From assembly GCF_001186125.1 (NCBI RefSeq), contig NW_014040029.1, positions 1 to 63,288 of the forward strand: a stretch of DNA of 63,288 bases, in the 5' to 3' direction. Below, piece after piece: positions 54,503-63,288 of this stretch. Numbering within the stretch: position 1 is the first letter of the stretch; each line of letters starts with the position of its first letter. The DNA comes from Sphaeroforma arctica JP610. Lineage: Eukaryota. A model generated the notes under the pieces. It did no database searches, was not told the DNA's origin, and saw nothing but the letters and a program-made list of their open reading frames with translations. Position numbers and translations under genes: made by a program.

Positions 54503-57500
54503 TTAAGCGTTCACTGTGAAATTAAAGAGGAAAGAAAAACTTAGAACAGTGTTCAAATTTTAAGTTGTATTCTTTCGTAAGGTGAACTAACGAATTGTCG
54601 GGAGTCACGGCTATAGTATATATATCCAAGGAAACCCATACAGTGCAAGCAAGGTCAAATCAACTAGAAGACAAAATCAAATTGACCAATACTGGGTCTG
54701 TTGATGCGTGGTAATTCACAAGAGCTTACTGTATAGTGTGACGTCTAGCTGATCAGGCAGCGGTGTAATCTCGACTTCGAATCGAGACTGGACCTCGTTC
54801 AGGATTTCAGAATCCTCCTTAGAGGCGATGAAAGAAATGGCTAGACCTTTGGTTCCGAAACGACCGGCACGGGCCACCTATTTAACAAGGGTAAATTGTG
54901 TGCATATGTGAGTTTCATGGCAACCACATAAGAAGTTAGCTCAGAAGTACCAATCAGGCTACATATGAATCTGTGCCATATATATTCAAAGACAGGCTTT
55001 ATGAGAGACAAGGTAATGAAGCTGGTAAGAACCCGCATCAGCCGATTCAGCGAGCTAATGCAGATTGTTTTGTGGTGAGGGTTTTAGGCGACGAACCGAT
55101 GTAACAATAGTCAAAACTTACTCTGTGTAGGTATGTATCTGACTGATCAGACATGTCGAAGTTTATAACGATGTTGATACGCTCGATATCGATTCCACGC
55201 CCCACAAGATCAGTCGCAACAAGGATACGTTTCTGGAAGTCCTTGAACTCTTTGATCATCTCCAAGCTACAGACAAATTGTTTGATTTTGAAAAATTTAG
55301 AGCGAGAAAATAACCGTGTATGTTTGAAATGTACATATATTGATTCCACGCCCCACAAGAACAGTCGCAACAAGGATGCGCTTCAGGAAGTCCTTGAGCT
55401 CTTTGATCATCTCCAAGCTACAGACAAATTGTTTGATTTTGAAAAATTTAGAGCGAGAAAATAAAACTTCCGTGTATGTTTGAAATGTACATATATTATA
55501 CTCTTGATTTCATTCTAAAAGAGTACCCTCCCGCACCCCAAGCGGACACTCACAATACAATAGGGATGGAGAATCAATGCGTTATCGATGCTCGTTACCA
55601 GAAAAAAACCCCCGAAACGCTGATTCGATGCTCATGTGCATAAACATATAAAAACTCGCTTATATATGTATATAATCTTAGTGGGTGTCATTTATATGTA
55701 TAGCATTCTGCATAGCAATATTGATACTAATATTAATATATTATAACGAAAGCCATACATATAATGATGTACCAGCTATGATACGCATAAGCGTATACAA
55801 TGCGACATACCGTTGCTCTTGGCTGAGACCAGTGTGTAACGCGATGGCTGGGAAGTTGCAATCACACAGCAAATTACACAGAGCCTTTGCTCGGCTAACA
55901 GACTTGACGAAGATTACTACTTGGTTGAACTCGAGTGCATCGAGTAAATCTGTGAGTTTTCGGTTCTTGGCTCCCTCGGTAATTTTGACGTAGTGCTGCT
56001 GAAGACCGTGCAATGTAAGCTTGGTCTCGTCGTCTACGTAGATCTCCATGGGCTACATCATGTACATGTGTGTGAATACAGAAAAGCATTGTCAGTGGAT
56101 ACAGACACAGAAATATATTGCTGTGTACCAAAGGTGCGCAGAACACAAAAGAACCATGCGCGTAATACATGGGAATGATTATCAATTAAAGATTAGGAGA
56201 GTTAAGATTTTACACAATATTGCCTAAATATGTATTGTTTTCCACCCCTCAATAAATAGTGCCGCTCACATCCATTTGGTTTGAGAAGCATAGTACAGAA
56301 TATCACAATACAAACACATCGGTTGCTAGACGGGCAACAGTAAGACCACTGAGTAGTACAAGACGGCTCCACATCTACACATTTTTAAAGTGTACCAAAT
56401 GCATTCGCTACATACTATACTCTCGTAAGCTTCAGAGACGCAATTGAAACTCAGCATAAAACTATAATTACTGCACATTGTGATTTCAATAACACATTTC
56501 ACGTAAGGAACATAACTACTCACAACCTCAGCAATAAAGTCGACGACCGCTCAGATGATGAGAGTACCCCCCTCTCTCACACACAAGCTCTTCTAAATAT
56601 ACATTGCTATATCGATAAGAGGATAGGCAATAGCCCATAATGACCACACAGCCACTAACCATATTTGTAGAAAATACGCGACAGTTTGTAAATTCAACTT
56701 ACGTCTCTCATAAACTTTTTGCAGATTGGTCGGATCTCCTTTGAGAGTGTTGCACTGAACATCATCACTTGTTTTGACTTGGGGCTTTGCTTAAAGATCA
56801 GCTGTACATCCCGACGCATATCAAGCGAATCCAGCATCTTATCACACTCATCGAGCACAAAGTGCTTGAGCTTGCTCAGATCGAGCGAGGGCTTGGTGTT
56901 GCTGCCAATTGCGTTGGTGGCAAGTGACAGAATACGTCCCGGAGTTCCCACCACAATATGGGGGTGGGATCGCTCATCCTTCAGGATTTTATCATCGTTT
57001 GTGATAGCAACGCCACCGAAGAACACCGCTGTGCGTACACCCTCAATGTACTTTGAGAAGCGCTCGTACTCGTTCTTGATCTGGAAGGCAAGCTCACGTG
57101 TGTGACACATAACCAGCACGCTCACTTCCCCATCCTTGATCTCCAACTGCTGCAACGTAGCGAGAACAAAGACGGCTGTCTTACCCATACCAGACTTCGC
57201 CTGGCAGATCACATCCATACCAAGGATGGCCTGGGGAATGCACTCATGTTGCACTGCACACGCACGCGGATAAATGAAATCAATGGAACAGATATTGTGA
57301 GTGGTGAGGTATACACCACTCAAACTTGGTATAATTGTTTTTGCCAAAATGAACTTCGTATGGTTCCCGTATAGATAATAAAGAAGAATATTAAAAGTTT
57401 TTGAGTAATCCGACGTAGTCTCGCCTGGCAGCAGCTTATACCAAACTGCCCTCTACTATTTCGCTTGGCACGACACAGATATATCCTGAAGATGCGTATA

Positions 57501-57747
57501 GTGTGGTAGAAACTGCAGCGTTGCACAATACACGGCGTCACATATATTCCACACCTTCTGAAGGGTGCTCGAAACCACAGTCGACAATCGATTTCAAAAG
57601 TTCTGGTTTAAGCAAAAAGTCGCGGAAACCTGCCGTGTGAATTCCTACATAACCCTTCTTTGCTGTAGCACCATCAGTCTTGGGCTCCTCGGTGGGCTCA
57701 ATAACATCCTCCTCGTAATCCAAGAGTTCCTCGTTCACGTCACCCAT
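54503..57747 (-). CDS. DDX39B: Spliceosome / mRNA-export DECD-box RNA helicase UAP56 (DDX39/SUB2), 6 exons
   Basis: Exons 57555-57747, 56703-57253, 55811-56052, 55122-55266, 54730-54877, 54503-54513, all GT-AG and in phase. Motifs [72 protein letters not shown]; ends YMNA*. Confidence 0.98.
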
Positions 57748-58800
57748 TGTGGTTTAATTTTTAATGCTGCAGTAGACGTAGACGTTTAGGGATTCGGGTC
57801 AACAAACAAAAACGTGCAGATGGAGGTGCTTATTCGCTGGTTAAGTTGCTTTGTGTGAACGTGGAATCCCGACGCCATTTTAAGACTGGGAAAGGTTCCC
57901 AAGGGGACAGAAGTGCACAGTGTCGGGGTCAGCTGCGAACTCGGGCTTTGATTCAGCTTGGCAGATTTTTGCACATGCTTATCGCAAGACCGCCATAACT
58001 GAATGGCAAATGCTAAATTGATCGGTTGATCTCCATCACGTCCGCTGCACACCAGAAACCTTCGCACCTCCGAACCCCCATTTTACCCTCTTATATCTCC
58101 ATGGTATGACAGAGAGTCCGAATTGTGCATAAAATGACATGTTGTTATCGTTCGTTGTTTAAGTACATACGTGTGTGCTAAATGCGTTGCCGTCTTAAGG
58201 GGTATGCTTCAAACACTCAAAAATTGCTTACCAGAGAAAAGGAGTTGTATGTACGGATCTGAAGTCAGGTAACACAATCCCGGCTGTATATTATTGTGTT
58301 TACTGATAGATTTCGCATAAATATTGTCGAGTATTTTCAGACTAGTTTCCGCCTTTCGATATACCGCACGCTTTCCCCCGGCTAAATACCTGAAGGCTGA
58401 AGCACTGATTTACCACGTTTGTCAGTTGCGAAAATTTTATACAAGAAATATGGAAGTTTGTTAAAAAAAAAATTGTACATACCCTCCAATTCCCCGTCAT
58501 CGCTGTAAAGAATCTATTTTTAAACAGTATGGTTACTGATTTGAAAATGAAAATTATTTTATTATATTTTCCTGTTGTTGCATTTTGGATATAAAAATTT
58601 GGAATGTAAAATAATTATGTACAAATTTCATGACCGTCTACGAGAGAGAGAAGTGAAAATTAAATATAACTATGGCTTATCGGACTAACGCCCGAAGAAC
58701 AAAATAGCTCTGGATGTAGATAGCCAAAACTGAAAACTGGGCCGGTAGCAGAAAGCAGGGGTAAATACGTAGAGCTGGTAAAAAAAAACGTAGGTATTTT

Positions 58801-59670
58801 CATAGGCTTCTAAATTTAACATTGGCTATATCATACAGATACTTCATAGCGCCTTCTAAATCTTTAAAACCCATTATTAGAAGGCTATGGCCTATGAGGC
58901 TATGGTATTCGATTTTTGAATATATATCCGTTCTATTTATTTTACAACCGGCACAGCAAGGGCACAAGCCCAACGGGCACACAACAAGAGGCCTCAACAC
59001 AAGCCCGCCACAATGATCAAGTTCTTGAATCCAGTAATCCACGTCAACAGAACTTCTTCAAATATATTTTTAAAAAGCAATATTAACTGGACAGTGATCC
59101 TCTGCCAAAGGTTGATTGGAACGTTAGCGGATACCATCATACCAAAACAAAGGGCACGATGTTCGCCAATAGGTATTCGATTTATTCTTGTATTGACAAC
59201 TCACAATACTCATGGAAATTAAAACCAATGAGTCATTATATTTTAGATTTAGTATTTTTTTTTTAAATTTATACTATATTCAAGAAAAACCAAAATACAT
59301 TTATTTTTGTACATACAAAGGATTTTTTTATTAAAATGTATTTTTAAATATATGCATAAAATTATAATTTTATATTGTTACAAAAATAGATAACAGTTTA
59401 CTATTTAGTACCGAACCGCGAATATCTCATGACCATAAATAAAAATATCTCAACTACATTTCATATTTGCCTCATTTTTTAAATAAATAAAAATATCAAA
59501 ATGTTTTTTTGGATAGAGACTTTTTTTTTTAAATTTGTAGACGTCTTCCTTTTATGATTTTTACCGTAGCGGGCATAGCCTTCTACTGGGTGTTTTTTTA
59601 GAAGGCTAGTGTTTTTAAATATAAAATATGTATTTAAAATATTTACATGTTCTATTTTCAGAAGGCTATG
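58801..59670. mobile_element. Putative 870-bp non-autonomous DNA element, CATAGCCTTCT family
   Basis: Left end cataggcttctaaa, right end ttcagaaggctatg; ATTTT flanks both sides (58796-58800, 59671-59675). Internal hairpin copies at 58845 and 59574; very AT-rich interior. Confidence 0.5.
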
Positions 59671-60727
59671 ATTTTACAAATTTATTTATTTATAATATTT
59701 GTATATATAAGTACATATGTAACCGAATTTTTTAATCTTTTATAAAGAAAATCGTATCCTTGGATGCTCACCACTCGTGGCTCGGTCAAGGCGCTGGCTC
59801 ACGTCACTGCAAATCAGCTCCACCTCTGCCGTTGCGAGTGAGCGACTGCAGAGTGCAGACCGGACTTGGTCGAGAGCACTTTGTAGTACCGAGTTGCTGA
59901 GACTCCGCGCCCCTGACTGCTGAGTGCAGGGTGCTGAGTGCTGACGGCTGAGAGTCTGTGAGACAGTGACTCATGCCTGCTGCACTGCCGACTACAGAAG
60001 GGCCAACAGCACATGACCTGCAAAACCACAATCCAATCAATTTAGTGCTAATGCTAAATAGACCAATATGAGTAGAGCCCTGATGATATTTCTGAAAAAG
60101 CCACCAGGGATAAATATAAACTTGAATCGTTAATATATAAATAGAACAGTTTAATTCAAAAAAATGACACAAGATTCTGAAAATCTGCTATGCCAACACA
60201 AATATTTGCTATTCTGTTCCAAAATATTGTACATAACACCTTGTAAAAGATACCTTTGAATGGTCCAAAAAAAGTTTGTGTGTAGGTAAACCTGAAGGAT
60301 ATTTCAAATTCGGGGCAAATCGAAATCTAAAAGAATGGAATGTCTACGTGAAACTCCTTGAAATAAAGCTAATCTCATTGGTGAATAGTCACTACCAATT
60401 ATGCACTTTATGAATTCGAGCCAATATTTTATATGTTTGTACCCTTGATTTGAGATATTCCCAAGATGGGTAAACATTGCATTTTTTTGTCGTAATTCTA
60501 GTCACGCCGTCGGTCAATAGTTTGGACTGGCTTGCTCTTTCGCCGAAACGCGAGATAAAATAATACAATAACAAACAACAATATAGTTCTCGCCGGTCGG
60601 TGACGATTTCACAGTCGATTACGGTGCCAAAATTACGAACGGACGGATAGGACAAACAAAGAAAAACAAAACATAAACACCATTAGTCTTACACTCCCAC
60701 CCAATTTCATACTAAACTATACTTAAC

Positions 60728-62077
60728 ATGTCAACTGATAGAGAAGATTGCGTCTACAAGGCAAAGCTTGCTGAGCAAGCCGAGCGCTACGATGGTAAGA
60801 GACTATGTTTGTATCTCAATGCTTCCCTTGTCGCATATGTTAGAAATCTGTTCTTTGCTGAGTCCTGTTATCGTTGATATAATTTCGTCGCGCACGTACT
60901 TGTCAAATTTGTTAAATTCTGTGAATGGTTGCTGCTTCATTTTGTTAGCGTGTTTTATTTAGCGCCACAGCTAACTATTAGTAACTACACTGTATTTTAT
61001 GCTCTGTGTAACTTTCTGTATTGTCTTGTATCTTGAGTGCGAATCGTGCATCCTGTATTCTAACCAGATATCTTTTTGTACCTTGCACGCAAATGAATTC
61101 TTTATCGTTATAGAGATGGTTGATGCCATGAAGAAGGTGGCCTCCCTAGGTGAGCAGCTTACAGTTGAGGAGCGCAACTTGCTTTCCGTCGCTTACAAGA
61201 ACGTCATTGGTGCCCGACGTGCTTCATGGAGAATCATCTCCAGCATAGAGCAAAAGGAAGAGTCTAAGGGAAACTCAAACAAGGTTACCATCGTCAAGGA
61301 ATACCGCCAAAAGATCGAGAAGGAACTAGAGGATATCTGTGCTGGTGAGTGATTTTATATTTCAACTAATTTCGAGCGAATTTGTTTTGTACCTTCTTTT
61401 CAAACTGTAGCAGGGACAGGTCAAGTCAGACGATGTGTATATTTGGATTCCTGTCACTAATGCGGTTGTCTTGTTCATTTCTACAGATGTTATGAAGGTT
61501 CTTGATGATGACCTTATTCCCAACGCTGAGAAGGGTGAGCCCAAGGTATTCTACTACAAGATGAAGGGTGACTACCACAGATACCTTGCCGAGTTCTCGT
61601 CCGGTGAGAAGCGCACAGGTGCTTCAGACGAGTCCCTACAGGCATACAAGGCGGCTTCCGGTATGTGCTTTTCGCCCTAGAGTATATATGATTGATGCAC
61701 TTTTTTGCTGATTTAACACTTATCTTCATCGCAAAACGTTCTGTGAAATCAAGCTTTCTCAAGGTGTTGAATGTCTTCCCTCCATTGCAGATATTGCGAC
61801 CACAGAGCTTCCCCCTACCCACCCCATCCGTCTTGGTCTAGCCCTGAACTTCTCAGTATTCTATTACGAGATCTTAAACTCGCCCGATCGTGCCTGTCAG
61901 TTGGCCAAGCAGGCGTTCGATGATGCTATTGCCGAGCTAGACACCTTAAGTGAGGAATGCTACAAGGACAGTACCCTAATTATGCAATTGCTTCGCGATA
62001 ACTTGACGCTCTGGACCTCAGATATGCAAGGCGATGCAGACGCGTCCAAGGAGGACGAGAAGAAGGACGAAGAGTAA
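60728..62077 (+). CDS. 14-3-3: 14-3-3 protein (epsilon/BMH-like), 4 exons
   Basis: Exons 60728-60794, 61114-61344, 61487-61660, 61791-62077 (GT-AG, in phase). [92 protein letters not shown]. Confidence 0.99.
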
Positions 62078-63220
62078 TTAGTCTATTGTATTTGTAATTC
62101 GCTCTACCTACGCAAAAAAAGAAATTGTCGTTGTACTGAATTATATAGTGCATGTACAAATGTTATCTATCTGTAAACGATGGGCTCTCTAGATCGGGAG
62201 TGTGACAACCCTAAAAATAAAGCTGTACCAAAACAACTCCTTCGCGTGAGTGCCTCTTCCTTCGTCGGAGACTTCAGTCGGCCTACTGTGCTGTGAACTC
62301 TTCAAGGAGGTTTTATTCGTCAAGCCGTTTGGAAGATTCAAGAATGCGCTTCTCTGCTTTCAACGAGAATTAGTCATCGACTGGGTAATTCTTGTATTTT
62401 ATTTCCCCCAAGTGGGTTGCTTTTGTTGTCGGTCAAATGTGTACATATAGGCTTGTTTCTGATTGTTATTCGTGCAGAGGTGCTCAGTTCCGATTATGGC
62501 TAGCATGTGATTAAAATGACAGACCGTCTTGATGTCTTCCCGTTGTGAGTTGCCTGGTCCTCCAACCACCTGTAATTCGGTGCAATATATTTGTTGCAGA
62601 GATTGGGGGTCGTTAGCTGCGTATGAAAGGTTGCATGTACATCTTGATTTGTGTCTATATCCAAGTTGTTGTCATCGGATGTTTTTCTGAGATGACGAAC
62701 CTGACAAACTGTTCATCCATAGCAACCAATCACGGCGGAACATGATGGCGAAATGTCCGCGTATGTTTCTACTGCGAGCACTTAAGAATCCAACTTTAAA
62801 TATAAGTGAACTTGAAAGCTTGGTGAAGATGTTTTCAACCTACGATTGGAAATACGTAAGCCGTGTTAGAGCCCAGCAAACAACCTTTATATTACAAGGA
62901 TAATAAACGAAAAGATTACTATGGCACGTATATCCTGAGCCACCTATTTTGATGTGCGATACAGGAGAATACATATGGAGTCTTCTCAAGTATGTTGCTA
63001 TATCTGTATAAACCTAACCATTAGACATACACATGTGTATATATATAAATATAACTCTATTAAAAATAATCTTCATATACACGTATATATATATATATAT
63101 ATTAATATCTATCTATTAAACATATCTTTATATACACGTAATATATATATATAAATATATATATTACGCGTATATAAAGATACGTTTAATAGAATAATAT
63201 AAATATATATATATATGTAA

Positions 63221-63271
<51 letters not shown>

Positions 63272-63288
63272 CATTTTTCTATGTATTT

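Noticed and set aside
54514..57554. Possible intronic snoRNAs in UAP56 (vertebrate DDX39B hosts C/D snoRNAs); intron 4 has a CTGA with a short gctc/gagc stem
   Set aside because: No canonical box C and no convincing rRNA guide of 10 nt or more by eye; needs snoscan or Infernal.
62200..62850. Possible 3' exons of a minus-strand gene entering from beyond the window
   Set aside because: Open stretches exist, but no recognisable domain or consistent splice model.

Overview
Intron-rich eukaryotic DNA from a draft assembly (N gaps flanked by (AT)n). The 14-3-3 and UAP56 proteins look opisthokont; a unicellular holozoan such as an ichthyosporean is a guess I cannot confirm. The first ~10 kb is a nest of mobile DNA: the 3' LTR of a plus-strand LTR element, a truncated minus-strand Ty1/copia element, and a decayed tyrosine-recombinase (DIRS/PAT-like) retrotransposon (gag, RT, RNase H, adenine methyltransferase, YR). 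That element interrupts a ~540-bp tandem repeat at an ATGTTG site and has highly structured direct repeats. The rest holds four spliced genes: a ~34-kb DNA polymerase theta (POLQ, minus), a PHO80/Pcl-type cyclin (minus), UAP56/DDX39/SUB2 (minus) and a divergent 14-3-3 (plus). Most notable: the architecture of the YR retroelement and its strand-biased hairpins, a dispersed CATAGCCTTCT-hairpin repeat family, duplicated splice acceptors in POLQ and UAP56, and an S/TQ cluster inserted in the POLQ helicase. All calls were made by eye, without database searches.
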